Below are positions 24,873-38,742 of a stretch of DNA of 64,000 nt, in pieces. Numbering within the stretch: the stretch's first letter is position 1; each line of letters opens with the position of its first letter. The notes beneath the pieces are model-generated. The model saw only the letters and a list, made by a program, of their open reading frames with translations, was not told where the DNA came from and did no database searches. The position numbers and the translations under genes were made by a program. Origin of the DNA: Octopus vulgaris (taxonomy: Eukaryota); the NCBI GenBank assembly GCA_951406725.2, contig OX597830.1, forward strand, positions 14,508,001 through 14,572,000, given 5' to 3'.

Positions 24873-25091
24873 ATATACGTTTCTGTGTCTGTGTTCGTCT
24901 CCTTAACATCGCTTGACAACCGATACTGGTGTGTTTACGTCCCTGTAACTTAACGGTTCGGCAAAAGAGACCGATTGCATAAGTACTAGGCTTACAAAGA
25001 ATAAGTCCTGGGGTCGATTTACTCGACCAAAGGCGGTGCTCCAGCATGGCCACAGTCAAATGACTGAAACAAGTAAAAGAGTAAAAGAGTA
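24667..25091 (+). mobile_element. SINE family B, full length
   Basis: Head and tail as 9088-9499. Confidence 0.9.
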
Positions 25092-25775
25092 ACAGAATAC
25101 ACAAAATTCAGCTTTGAGAACCAGTTTGAAATAAATTTAGTTTGAAATAAATTTAGGCGTAACAGATGAATTATTAGGTCTGTATTAAATGTGAGATATG
25201 TAACTTCATTGAAAGACGAAAATCTTGATACGATTCTAGTAAGCGCTCATCAATGAAATAAGAGTGGTATTTATTCCCAGCTGAAATGTGAAAATAGAAG
25301 GAAAGAGAGTAATATGCTTTTGCTAACAAATTTACCAACTATTTGTAACAGGTGTATGACTTATACCTTTGGTATGCAAACATACGTACACACACACACA
25401 CACACACATGAACAAATGCATACACATACACACACATACATACACACGCACGCACGCAAATTACTCAGGTAATACAATTAGTTTTCTACCCTGATGAATA
25501 TGTCTTTATATGTTATCATAAATCCAAAAGTCAGCACTTGGACTAATCATTATATGATAGCGACCAAGCCGCTTGTCAAATGCATTTCCCCAACCCGTGG
25601 AGCTACAACTGCCCCACCTAAATGCTGATAAATTACGTATGCATGATTGCATAGATCCCCAATGCTCAACTGATATTTATTTTATCAATCCCGAAAGGAT
25701 GAAAGGCAAAGTCGTCCTTGGCAGAATTCGAATTAAAAAAGTGATTATAATATTACCAAAAGAGTAATAGTGTCG

Positions 25776-26235
25776 AACTGGCAGAATCGTTACCGCGCCG
25801 GACAAAATGCTTAGCGGTATTTCGTCTGCCGCTACGAAAGGCGGCGAGCTGGCAGAAACGTTAGCACGCCGGGCGAAATGCTTAGCGGTATTTCGTCTGC
25901 CGTTACGGTCTGAGTTCAAATTCCGCCGAGGTCGACTTTGCCTTTCATCCTTTCGAGATCGATGAATTAAGTACCAGTTACGCACTGGGGTCGATATAAT
26001 CGACTTAAATCCGTTTGTCTGTCCTTGTTTGTCCTCTCTGTGTTTAGCCCCTTGTGGGTAGTAAAGAAATAGGTATTTCGTCTGCCGCTACGTACTGAGT
26101 TCAAATTCCGCCGAGGTCGACTTTGCCATTCATCTTTTCCGGGGTCTATAAGATAAATACCAATTGATCATTGGTGACGATGTGATCGACTTACTCCTTC
26201 CCCCGAAATTGCGGGTCTAGAGCCAAAATTTGAAG
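25776..26235 (+). mobile_element. Young family A SINE (about 25840-26071) nested in an older family A SINE
   Basis: 21-bp duplication GGTATTTCGTCTGCCGCTACG at 25816-25836 and 26072-26092. Confidence 0.85.
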
Positions 26236-27159
26236 CCACTTTTACCAAGAGAGTTGCGAACCAATGTAATGCTTACTATGTCTGCTTTTGAATGTTTGTG
26301 ACGAACAGGTGTTAGCAGTGCCATCTTTTAGGTATCTGAAAAGCTTTCTCTGAGAATGGCATCAATCACAATGAGATACAGGGATGTATTTAACAGGTAT
26401 CGGCTTCTTTCAGGAGACTTTGGCTCATTGTCTTTCAGAATGAAAATCATTCTTTCATAAAGGTCACCGTATACCAAGCAATCCGTTTCAACACCACCTT
26501 TATGTCTGTATAGCTTTGGTGACGTACACTTGTCACATCAAGTTTATGGAGATCTTCGACATTAACTACATTCAGCGGATCTGAGAGTTCCTTGGTGTGA
26601 GAAAGTGGCTCACGTCGAAATGGTGGCAAAGATAAGCTGCAACAAAATTGTGGCCATAATCATTTGGCTGATGTGAAAGTGCTTGAGTTTTGTGATGAGG
26701 ATGTTCCCATGTAGGCTTGCCCCATGTTGGCTACACTTCCCTCAAAGTACTATATCGTTGTGATGGACGCTTAGCGAGAGGGACGATGAATCACGATAAG
26801 AATATGATGAGGGCGTGTTGAGTAAAAGCTTAAGCAACCCCTAAGATGTAAAGGTTTTTACTGCGAAGGATCCGACTTGGTATCTACGTGGGAATGGAGT
26901 TTGTATGTTAGAGATGATGGAGACAATCAGAAAATAACACAAAAGAGTCAGGAGAGATACAACCATGGAAGTCATCTTTATTACTGCCATTAAAATTACA
27001 CATGCATGTCTCACCTGCATATTGTAGGGTTCCATACCTGTACAATCAGTTTCGAATTTCGATCAGTTGAACCAAGATTATTAATCTTGAACTGTGAGGG
27101 TCTCAAGCTGATTGTTGTTCACTAGACATTTCAATATTTATCTCTTTACTGAGTTCAAA

Positions 27160-27495
27160 TCTGACACAAGGCTAGCAATTTCATGGGAGGAGGAAAGTTG
27201 ATTAAATCAACCTCAGTGCTCAACTGGTACTTATTCATCGACCCCGATGACAGACGAAATACCTATTTCTTTACTACCAACAAGGGGCTAAACACAGAGA
27301 GGACAAACAAGGACAAAGAAAGGGATTAAGTCGATCACATCAACCCCAGTGCGTAACTGGTACTTAATTTATCGACCCCAAAAGGATGAAAGGCAAAGTC
27401 GACCTCGGCGGAATTTGAACTCAGAACGTAACGACAGACGAAATACCACTAAGCATTTTACCCGGCGTGCTAATGATTATGACAGCTTACCACTT
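27160..27495 (-). mobile_element. Composite family A SINE: old head, young body, old tail
   Basis: Minus strand reads GGTATTTCGTCTGTC-[body]-GTAAAGAAATA-GGTATTTCGTCTGTC, then an older-subfamily 3' part. Confidence 0.8.
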
Positions 27496-28105
27496 AAAAT
27501 GTTAACCTATTATTGATTTGTGCTATCCTGTCAACTACTTCCTGTATATATCATTTCATGATTCATCCTTGCGTACTGGATTGTGTAGTATGATCCTCAG
27601 GTGGGCGGATAAATATATTCATCTCCCCCAGTCACGCTTCGTCTTTCAACTGATTTCACCCATGCCATATGCCCTGCTCGTTCGGAGCTGAACTGAGGTT
27701 ACACAACAAGAGCAACAATTTGGGGCACATCGTTTTTCACACTGAGGATCAAATTCTCCATAAGATTTTCAGCGAATGTAAATTTGTTGGCTTCGACATC
27801 ATTAAAACCTTCAGCAGCGACTAAAACAACATAACACGCACACACACACACACGCGCGCGCGCACGCACACACAGATATGCACACACAAGGAGACAGAGG
27901 TGCATATATATACAAACACATGCTCACACACACACATACATAGAATATACACAAACACGGACAGGCAAGCACATAAATATGCAGGATACGTACATACAGA
28001 TGCACACACATACATACATATATACATATGCATATACACACATATATACATACATACGCATGCAAACACACACACACATACATACGTACATGCATGCATG
28101 TATAG

Positions 28106-28146
<41 letters not shown>

Positions 28147-28496
28147 CACACAAACAAACAAAAGGGAACGCAGTGTAAATAACGGATAGAGTCAAGACTA
28201 TTGAAAAGGTTGCAAGACACAACGAAAATTTTAGGAAAATAAAGATAAGAAAAAAGTGGAAATTTAACCGGTGAGTGTGTTAAATAATAAGGCACAAAAA
28301 GAAAATGACTCTCCCCAGACACAACAGAATATGTCTCATAAAGTTACCAGCTGATGGATTTCTGTCGCTTGATCCCTTTCTATTTTATGTAGCTTTGAAT
28401 TCTTGTGACATTTCTCAAACTACAACAAACCGCAGCAATAATTTCTCGGATCCCACCTTACCAACTTGATAAAAGACACTGTATCATGTAGTTATA

Positions 28497-28709
28497 TATT
28501 TCTTTACTACCCACAAGGGGCTAAACGAAGAGGGGACAAACGAGGACAGACAAAATGATTAAGTCGATTATATCGACCCCAGTGCGTAACTGGTGCGTAA
28601 ATGATGAAATGCAAAGTCGACCACGGCGGAATTTGAACCCAGAACGTAACGGCAGACGAAGTACGGCTACGCATTTCGCCCGGCGTGCTAACGATTCTGC
28701 CAGCTCGCC
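28497..28709 (-). mobile_element. SINE family A with 9-bp TSD (defines the native 3' end ...GTAAAGAAATA)
   Basis: TSD GTAGTTATA at 28488-28496 and 28710-28718. Confidence 0.85.
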
Positions 28710-29148
28710 GTAGTTATAGACAGAAACAAAATAACGGACTGATATGAGCGGAACGTTTGGTTATGTGCGTACATGGTCATGCATTGATTAACACCACACA
28801 ACAACGAAACATCAGTTTCATCCTTCTAGGCATCCACCGAAGGCAACCATCGAATGAACGGCTTTTCCATTTCCGTGTAATTAACAAATTAAGTCATGTG
28901 AACACTCATACCTGTTACCAAATAGTGTTCTTCTGCTTATCTAAATGATGTTTGATGCTGCCAGTTAGTTAAGAAGTGTTGTTTGAGCCAGGAGAATCGC
29001 TATCAACCAAATCGTTGATCCAGGCGTTTCTTTGCTGGCGTTTCCATTTTGATTTGTTTTTTTAAAAATATATATTTTTGATTTTTTGATTATTTTATTT
29101 ATCGTATTTTATTATTATTATTTTTTTTCACTTTCAGATAGCCTAGAG

Positions 29149-29366
29149 CAGTGGTTTTCAACCAGGGTTCCTCGGAACCTTAGGATTCCGCCAGTACAGT
29201 CCAGGGGTTCCGCGACAAGTTACAAAACTGCTAAAATCGGCAGTAATTTTAATTCTCCTGTGCAGATATGTGTGCATAAGACAATTAAATTATTGCACAG
29301 GGGTTCCTCGAGCCAGTCGAATGTTTCCTTGGGGTTCTGCTCCAGCAAAAAGTTTTAAAAGCACTG
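29149..29366. mobile_element. hAT (Charlie-like) MITE
   Basis: CAGTGGTTTTCAA...TTAAAAGCACTG termini; 8-bp TSD GCCTAGAG/GCTTAGAG; internal GGGGTTCC repeats. Confidence 0.85.
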
Positions 29367-29613
29367 GCTTAGAGCAATATCTGTCTCCCTTTTTGTAACC
29401 TGTAGAAACAAAATTGATAGAGATTTATTTGCTTTGCATCGATCAGTAAAAAGCATTCGTTTTGGCTCTTGTCTGCCAGGAGCCGGTTTGCTTTCAAGCT
29501 ATTGTGAGGACAGCTATATTTGGATTAATCAGCTTGCAATTAGCTGTAGCTATCATAACGTGATATTGATGTATGATTGATAGAGTAACAATCCAATGTG
29601 GGGTATGAATTAC

Positions 29614-29750
29614 ATCCTTATAACTCAGTTTCTCTAGAGAGTTAGGCCACAGATGTCTTCTCAATATCTTGAGGCGTATGTCTAGCCTAGCCAATAAATT
29701 TCGTTCTTGTTCGACAACGCAGAAGAGTTTGTTTACATCTTCTTTCCAAC
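29614..29750 (-). pseudogene. Candidate host exon (product unknown)
   Basis: TTTTGGCAG| acceptor, |GTAATT donor; only the phase-1 frame is open: GWKEDVNKLFCVVEQERNLLARLDIRLKILRRHLWPNSLEKLSYKD. Confidence 0.35.
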
Positions 29751-30654
29751 CTGCCAAAATAAGGTATTGGAAGGCTACTTATTAAATACGCGAAGAAAAT
29801 TGTATCAAACACAGCTCATTTGCATATTGAACGAAAAGTGGCATACTAGCCAAGTACCAGTCAAATACAAAGAAGATTTTTCCTTCTGATATGCGTCTCA
29901 TAAATCGAGTCATCTTTTACCAAGGATAGTAAAAAATCAATTGTACATATTACATTACTAAATCACTACAAGGCTATGTACAAATTAAAATTCTTTTATT
30001 ATAAGAAATATACACGAAATGTAGAAGAACAAGTGTGAAACAATGTCTGAAACACCCAGACTATTAGTGTGCAGGTCAATGAAGATAAAACACCAGATTC
30101 AACGCCACTGTGACTCGTTGTGTTCAGGATACTTGAGAGGACTGACCTTATAAATACTAAACGATCAGGACTTGAACTCACTGAGTGGCACCCAAGGCAA
30201 ATATACTTTACTCTAGTATCTTGTCGATCAAAGCCTCGTCAATAATTCTGCTTAGACGGAAACTGCATCGAGATCCAATGGATGGGTTGTACTCGTATTT
30301 AAAGAGGCCACCTTCTCTCACATGCTGTGATACTGAAATTTCCTGAGACGTGTGTTAGATGTACGAATATTTGTGCAATACCCTGGCACCCAAGGTATAT
30401 TAGAGTCTCCATTTATTAAAATGTAAAATGTTATCCCTGGCAGAGATTGAACTGTCTATGATGATCTATAAATCAAATCCTGACGTTATTATCAATGAAC
30501 CCAGACCCATTAGTCAATATGATATTTAATTCAGTTTTAATACATATAGCCTAATTGTGTGCCATGTCTCATGACTATGATTCAACTAGATAGTTGCATA
30601 AGCTGTATAAGCACATTCAGTTCAAGTGGACTGATCATATTTTGATCAATATGA

Positions 30655-30818
30655 GCGCAGGAGTGGCTGTGTGGTAAGTAGCTTGTTTACCAACCACATG
30701 GTTCCGGGTTCAGTCCCACTGCGTGGCACCTTGGGCAAGTTTCTTCTACTATAGCCTCCGGCCGACCAAAGCCTTGTGAGTGGATTTGGTAGACGGAAAC
30801 TGAAAGAAGCCCGTCGTA

Positions 30819-30882
<64 letters not shown>

Positions 30883-31108
30883 TGTGTGTGTTTGGGTGTC
30901 TGTGTTTGTCCCCCTAGCATCGCTTGACAACCGATGCTGGTGCGTTTATGTCTCCGTTACTTAGCGGTTCGGCAAAAGAGACCGATAGAATAAGTACTGG
31001 GCTTACAAAAGAATAAGTCCCGAGTTCGAGTTGTTCGATTAAAAGCGGTGCTTCAGCATGGCCGCAGTCAAATGACTGAAACAAGTAATAGAGAGTAAAA
31101 GAGTAAAG
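30655..31108 (+). mobile_element. SINE family B, full length
   Basis: Head and tail as 9088-9499. Confidence 0.9.
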
Positions 31109-31131
31109 AATATATGTAATTTCGCTTAATT

Positions 31132-31203
31132 CTGACGATCGTTTATTTGTTAAGACTCCACGTTGTGGCCATGGTAAACTAGGTTCAAATCCTGGACACG
31201 GCA
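31132..31203 (+). pseudogene. tRNA-His(GTG) pseudogene
   Basis: GATCGTTTATTTGTTAAGACTCCACGTT-GTG-GCCATGGTAAACTAGGTTCAAATCCTGGACACGGCA aligns with invertebrate tRNA-His; acceptor and D arms mutated. Confidence 0.75.
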
Positions 31204-32464
31204 GCCTCCCGTAAATTTTACAGGCGCATAGCTGTATGGTAAGAAGTTAGTTTCTCAACGATATAGTTCCGGGTTCAGTCCAACGGTGGGATACTTTGGG
31301 AAAGTAATTTCTATTCTAGCCTTGGGTCTTTTCAGAATTCTCCAACACGATATACCCTAATTTTCTTATATGTTGAAAAGAACTTATTAAACTACAACTA
31401 TCACGTGATATAGTTTTGTAACCATCGTAGAAATAATATGGCTGAGGGTACACTGTAATACCAAAGTAATAAATATTACATAAAATAAAAGGAGCAAACG
31501 TCTATGAAGTCTCTCGATTTGCTAAAATTAGCTGTCAAATTTCCCTCAAGTCACATCCTAATCGTTTTATAAGGGACACAATGGATTGTGGAGTCCTCGA
31601 TACAGAATACAGAGACTGATGGATCAAGATTCGAATGTATTTGAGTACAGATCAGCGCGGTCAGGGCCAATCAATGTTCAAACAACAACAAATAACAGAC
31701 CTTCTCAGATTCTAAATGGATAGTTAGTCACCATTTAAATCATACATTAAACTATGGATTTTTTTTTTTACTTTAAGATTCAGAAATATAAGCTACATGA
31801 AATATTCACACAAACCCACGCTTAGAGCTAATTATATACATCGAATCCCCGAAAACTCTATTCTTATACTTAGATATAATTTCTTTTCAAACGTATAGTA
31901 TTATTTTCGGAAAATCTGGTCACTAAATGAATAAATATTGCATCGACAAATGTAACATCAACAAATGTAATGTCAACGAATTTTATTCTCTTGACATAAA
32001 ATATTAAAAAATATAAGTCAAACCTGTAGATACTTAGAGTACCAGATTCTGAAATAAAGTATATATAAACGTATCATAATAATCCGTTTTCTGCCCACAG
32101 GCAAGTCTTTTGTATCTTCATTTAGCACAGAGTGATTGTGTAGCTTACTTGCATGGCAAATATGGCAGTCGGTTTTTCTTTTTTCTTGTTAACAACATCA
32201 GTTACCTTGTTTTGTTTCTCTTTCGCATTTGATGCATTACAAATGCGTTACTTGTCAGAACTATATTTATGTGAGCTGACAATAACGTTCACACAGATAA
32301 TGGCGTTTACTTACACAAAACACATATTCCTTCTCACTTGAAAATACAAACACATATTTACACCATAACTACATATATATGAATACTTTCAGTTAACATA
32401 TATAATCTCCCTCCCTCCGTCTCTCTTTTATCTCTCTCTCTCTCTCTCTCTTATCTCTTTATCT

Positions 32465-32535
<71 letters not shown>

Positions 32536-33174
32536 GTATACTACAATACACACACATACACACGCACAAGCACTCATTTAAAGATAAGTATAAATATTTA
32601 TACACGCACACATAACTACACACACGCACATATCCACACACTTTCTATTTTGTACTAAACTACTTTTTCAAGCAACATAAATATTTTTACTGACTATTTG
32701 AAGAGATTAAACTGATCGAAACCTTTACAAATATTTAAACTTATATTTCTATACATACATGCATCCATGCATAAAGACACATGCGCAATCACGCACACAT
32801 GCATGCACAAATACATTCATACATACTCGAATATATATATATATACATATATACACACAATACTTACATGCGTACATACATACACTTACCCGTAAAAACA
32901 CAGAAATGTATAAATGTACACACACACACACACATATATTATATTCATTATACATGCATATGTGTATATATGTATGTGTCTATTCATGTGTTTATGTGTT
33001 TGAATGTGTGTCTGTGATTTTCTGCATAGCTACCGATCTCCATACACGAACAGCCCACGCATGCGCACACGGACGTATATAATCATTTAGCTACTAAGCA
33101 GAAAGATCAGAAACTTGACTTGTCAGCATAATACGAGACTTACGTCCAGATAAAAACCTATCCAATAGTCTTTT

Positions 33175-33383
33175 GTTCTCTAAGTACAAGGCCCGAACTT
33201 TTTGGGGAGGTGGGGGCCAGTCGATCAAATCGACCTCAGTACGCAACTGGTACTTTATTTATCTAACTGGAAAGGATGAAAGACAAAGTCGACCTCGGCG
33301 GAATTTGAACTCAGAACGGAAAGACACGAAATTCCGCTAAGCATTTTCGCCCGGCGTGCTAACGATTCTGCCAGCTCGCCGCC
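33175..33383 (-). mobile_element. SINE family A, alternative-tail subfamily
   Basis: Revcomp GGCGGCGAGCTGGCAGAATCGTTAGC...GTTCAAATTCCGCCGAGGTCGAC; tail differs from the 430-629 copy. Confidence 0.8.
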
Positions 33384-33788
33384 TTACACATCTCCAATAT
33401 TAAAGAAAAAATGTCAATGTCTTGGAGAAAATAAAACTGGTGGAGGAAAAACATGTAACTACAATTTCTTTATTTATGTATAAGGCCATCAATTTTGAGG
33501 ATGGGAGGTTAGTTGATACCATCGAATTGATCGATACCTTATTTACCCCCAAAAGGATAAAGCCTAAAATGACAGCGACCGGATTTGAACTTAGATCACG
33601 AAGAGTAAGAATGAACACTGCAAAGCACTGTTTACCGATGCACTCAGTGTACTGGCAACTTAATCCGATATGGAACACTTAATCTATCTTGGATTAACAC
33701 ATCACTGTTTCCCTCACGCAGATTAGCACTATAACGGACCACACCAGCAAAACCAAGGAAAGGATTTTAATTTTATCCCAATCCCATA

Positions 33789-33953
33789 GGCGCGGGAGTG
33801 GCTGTGTGGTAAGTAGCTTGCTAACCAACCACATGGTTCCGGGTTCAGTCCCACTACGTGGCACCTTGGGCAAGTGTCTTCTGCTACAGCCCCGGGCCGA
33901 CCAATGCCTTGTGAGTGGATTTGGTAGACGGAAACTGAAAGAAGCCTGTCGTA

Positions 33954-33996
<43 letters not shown>

Positions 33997-34207
33997 TTGT
34001 GTGTCTGTGTTTGTCCCCCTAGCATTGCTTAACAACCGATGCTGGTGTGTTTACGTCCCTGTCACTTAGCGGTTCGGCAAAAAGAGACCGATAGAATAAG
34101 TACTAGGCTTACAAAGAATAAGTCCCGGGGTCGATTTGCTCAACTAAAGGCGGTGCTCCAGCATGGCTGCAGTCAAATGACTGAAACAAGTAAAAGAGTA
34201 AAGAGAG
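33789..34207 (+). mobile_element. SINE family B, full length
   Basis: Head and tail as 9088-9499. Confidence 0.9.
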
Positions 34208-35092
34208 TCTGGTTATATAGTTACCAAGTCTGAACTTCCGTCTCGGACACATTATTTCTGTTACTAAGCAAGGGAGCAAAATCCATTCTTCTCGCAAGAC
34301 ACAGGGATATTATATCATATTACATCCTGATATATATTATATTACATCATATTATGCATTATATTATATTGCATTACATTATATTATATTGTATTGGACT
34401 TAGCCCTTCTCAAGGCCGCAGCACACTTTACAGCACTGCTAGAAACCAGAGAAACCAATCCCACCTAAGGCGTACTAAAACGGACAGCAGGTGGACAAAC
34501 AGGAGTCATGACTCGGATGTGGCCCGACCCCCTAGAGTGTCAGGAGTTAAGGGCCGAAGCACTTGTCTAAAGAGGGTTTCTCCTCTGAGGACCACCTGCT
34601 GTTACGCCCTCTCTGAGTTTCTTTCCACTTATATCATACGAGCAAAACGTCCGCCCTCCAATGGACGGTGCTGAGTTGTCAAACTAAATTTTCTCAAAAC
34701 AACTTGTCCGACCGTCCCATAGGCCTCCCCTTTGAGAAACACTGATTTAACCTAAATTTGAGACACCAGCAAATGACGGATTTCGACTAATGTACTTGCG
34801 CGTACAAAGGCACATTCCAACGGCTTTATTGATTGCATTCTCACCAGGAATCGACTTTTGTAACTTTTTCAAGACTTATACACGCCCTGATACCGTCGGT
34901 ATCTACATATCAAATTTAAGCGCAATCAGATGGAGGATGCCCGAGATCCTAGACGACACACACATAGACGGACATAACGGATTTTATATAATAGATTATA
35001 CTAGTAATGCATCCCAGCGTTGCCAAGGTGTTATGATCTACAGCTGATATATAGTGAACTGGATTACTGGCGTAATGGAAATTATTGTTTGC

Positions 35093-35290
35093 TTAAATCC
35101 TTAAATCCTTAAAAATGTTTCAGCCTTAAGGCTGCGGCCATGCTGGGGCACCACCGTTAAATGAACTACACTAGTATGTGAAACCACCTTTGATACGTGG
35201 CACTTGATCAACAAGGGAGTTCGATGCCGATGCTCGCATCTGTGATTCCTGCCGAGAGAAGAGATCCAGTTTGTTTAGAAGTGAAGCGGA
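35093..35290 (-). mobile_element. CR1-like LINE 3' end
   Basis: Revcomp AAACTGGATCTC...GCATCGAACTCCCT...CGGTGGTGCCCCAGCATGGCCGCAG and (AGGATTT)n tail; resembles 61345-61665. Confidence 0.6.
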
Positions 35291-35883
35291 GAGGGTACAA
35301 TTTGCATGGGTTTTCATGAAAGTGCTTTCTGTTCTTAAGAAGGATCACAAACTATGTACTGTTTCATTGTTTAAGAGGGGATTAATACGATTTTGCCCAG
35401 AAATACCGTTTTCAAAATTTTAATTTCCCTCTGTTCACACCGCAATTTCTTAATTTGTAACGTTTTCGAATTTTTTCTTTTCTTTTTTCCACATAGAAAG
35501 ATACAGAGATTACGAATCTGGGAAATATATTTTTGTTAAGTTTAATTTTTCTTAAAGAAACACTCAGTGCCCTTCCATCACCTCGCACGCTCATCACTTA
35601 CCCGCTTTCAAAATTCTAAACTCTCCCAGTGTTTCAATTTCATCTGATGTTTCAAGCATGCGTAGAATTGTACTGAAATAGCAGACATAAAAAGTACCAG
35701 ACCACCACCAGAAAACCCGACAAGCTAGAAACAATATTATTTTTTTATCATTTGGTTCATAACCGATGAAGAATTAGGGACCTTCTGTGTCTACACGTCA
35801 TGTTGTTTGTTTATTTGCCTGCCACCAAACATCAAGGAGTTGTGGGGCATTAAATTTCTTAACGGATATCAATACGAATTCAC

Positions 35884-35971
35884 CCGCTCTAAGAAAGAAC
35901 AATATATTATGGGTGATGGCTAGAAAAAGGCGACCAAATTTTGTATAACAACCACACTGACCAAATTCCAT
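35884..35971 (-). pseudogene. Candidate first coding exon with hydrophobic segment
   Basis: MEFGQCGCYTKFGRLFLAITHNILFFLRA-G|GTGAAT; phase 1, compatible with 29614-29750. Confidence 0.25.
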
Positions 35972-36574
35972 GTTTTTCTTTCTTTTCTCCTTTTTCTTTA
36001 CCAACTGTTCTGTTTCTGCTCCGAGGAACAAATCAGTGCAAGGGTCGTTCTCAAAGTATTCTGAATTAATGAATTGTTCGATTGATAAAACTGAAAAATA
36101 GACGCACCTAGATGCATATATGAAACAGCTCAAAGACTACAACAGGTTAATAAATGCATATAACCCATTAAACCTGATTATTTTAAAGATATTTATGTGT
36201 TTGTGCGTGTGTGTGCATGTGTGTATGTGTATGTGTGTGTGGGTGTATGTTTGTGTGTGTGTGAGAGAGAGAGTGTGTGTACGTATGTACGACTACATAA
36301 TTGACCGAAGAAAATGATCTACCAATCTACTGAATTAGTGTGCGAAGGGGATATATATGTTCAGCGGACACAGACACAGTGTAAAGTAATGTATGCATAA
36401 ATGAATATATTTATATATATGTATGTGTGTATATATGTATATATATATATATATACACATATATACGTACATATACATATATATATATATACATATATAC
36501 ATACATAAATTGTTGCCGTATATATGTGTATATATATGTGTGTATATTTATATATATGTATATATGTATATGTA

Positions 36575-36622
<48 letters not shown>

Positions 36623-36644
36623 GATATATTCACAGATATATAGC

Positions 36645-36703
<59 letters not shown>

Positions 36704-37604
36704 GTATATATATACATAGACACACATACACGCAAACACACACTATTATATTTTGGAAGACAACGTGTACTTTTTGACTTCTGTCATTTATTTTTTTTTT
36801 CCAGTTTTTTTTAGTTTGATAATCGTAAATTTTCCTTGATACGTAACCACATGATTCTGACCCGAAATATTACTTGAAATCAATAGTTCTAGAAAATCTT
36901 ATCCAAAGTGTTGTTTGTTTCCACATCATATTCGTGCATATCAACATTAGAAGCATTTATGGTAATAAAAGATAGGAAGAATCCTCTCATCTACAATATT
37001 ATATCGAAGTTATTAAAACATTAAACCACTTAAAATATCTTTACAGCAATTTTATTGTCTTTATATGTATTCGATAATTTAACTGCGATAATTATGTCTT
37101 AAAATGAAGGAAAATTGCACCGAAAATTGAAAAGTGAGTTTAAGTCTCTTTTCAGTATTTGAAGAATAAGTATTTTTGAGAATCTATTTCTGAACCCAGA
37201 TGAAGTAAGATCTATGTACTTTATGGTCTTAGGTAGTATTAGCTGCGGCTTAAGTGCTCCAATGTTATGTATATTAAGCATTAAAAGAAAATTTTAACTA
37301 TATGTTCGGATTTTTTTCAGTTAAATCATACAAGCATCATTTGGGAATATTCACTCTGTGGTTAGATGTTAGCACCCATAGAGACTGTTGTGTGCTGCTT
37401 AGAAGAATTGAACTCACAGAAAAATGAACGATATGCTTGTAACCAAAAATTAACAATTACCCAGACATTGTAATGTACAAAAAGAGAAGTTATAATGTGA
37501 GCCAAGAAATTAATCACAGTAACACCATGAAGAATAAATCTGATCAAGGAAGATAGGTGGGGCAAACCTTGAATATTTATTAATAATCACACACTTACAT
37601 TCCC

Positions 37605-37649
<45 letters not shown>

Positions 37650-37994
37650 AAGACACACTGAAACATTCACACACACACAATGACACATTGAGACACACAC
37701 ACACATTCCTGGGGGTGAGAATTCCAAACTGTCCGGTCATTTAGGAAAAATACCCGAAGATAATCATAAGAGTAAATAAAATATTTTATCCATAACCGTT
37801 AGTTTGACAAAATATATTATTTCGCTTATCAGAAAGAAATAAACATAAAAATTAGAACTTATTTTGTGACTTATATAAGTAGATATGTGTGTGCGCGCAT
37901 GCGCAAATGAATACACATGCAATAGGAATACAAAATACAAAATAGCTGGCCGTTAGTATGGAGGGATACACAAATAAGAAAGAAGAAAGCAAAG

Positions 37995-38038
37995 GACCAC
38001 TGATGAGGTCATAGAAGTGTGACGAAAGAACTCTGGCC
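37995..38038 (+). ncRNA. Minimal type I hammerhead motif
   Basis: GACCA-CTGATGA-G-GTCAT(agaagt)GTGAC-GAAA-GAAC-TC-TGGCC, followed by an AATAAA-rich tail. Confidence 0.55.
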
Positions 38039-38495
38039 GAAATAAGATTAAGATTAATGTAAAAAAATAAATAATGCTGAAGCAAATTAACACCAAATAT
38101 ATAGTGTGTGTGTTTTTATTGGCTAAACTCTCAAAATGACCATTTCTCAATACAACAATATATACATATACACACACACACATATATTTATAAGTTACTA
38201 CAAATTTATAAAAAACACAGTATATAATAATGTATGTATCTGTCTAATTAGTGGAATCTTTTGTATATTTACTAAACCATACGGGTAATATATGGTTGAA
38301 ATAATATGTTGGAATTTATTCAGATGAAATTCAAATAAGTTACAAAAGACCAAAAGTGACCGTACAAGTTGTTTCACTAAATTGACATTTATCGCTAAAA
38401 TTAATGCATTAATTTTAATTCTCCGTGTAACAGTGTTTAGTTACTAAATTAACGAACCAACTCAATATATATCCTTATATATCCTCTTATATATA

Positions 38496-38526
<31 letters not shown>

Positions 38527-38693
38527 GAGGCCCCGCTTGCTAGATCAGCTGGTTATCAAGTTAAGCTCAATATCCTTCTAGCCATCGCTCATTGTCTCTT
38601 TTTAACCAAATCCAGTGGCTAGCCTTCTCCACTGTAGATTGGATATCGGTCATGGTGGTATTGACTTTACGATGAGTTAGGCCTAGCGATAAC

Positions 38694-38739
<46 letters not shown>

Positions 38740-38742
<3 letters not shown>

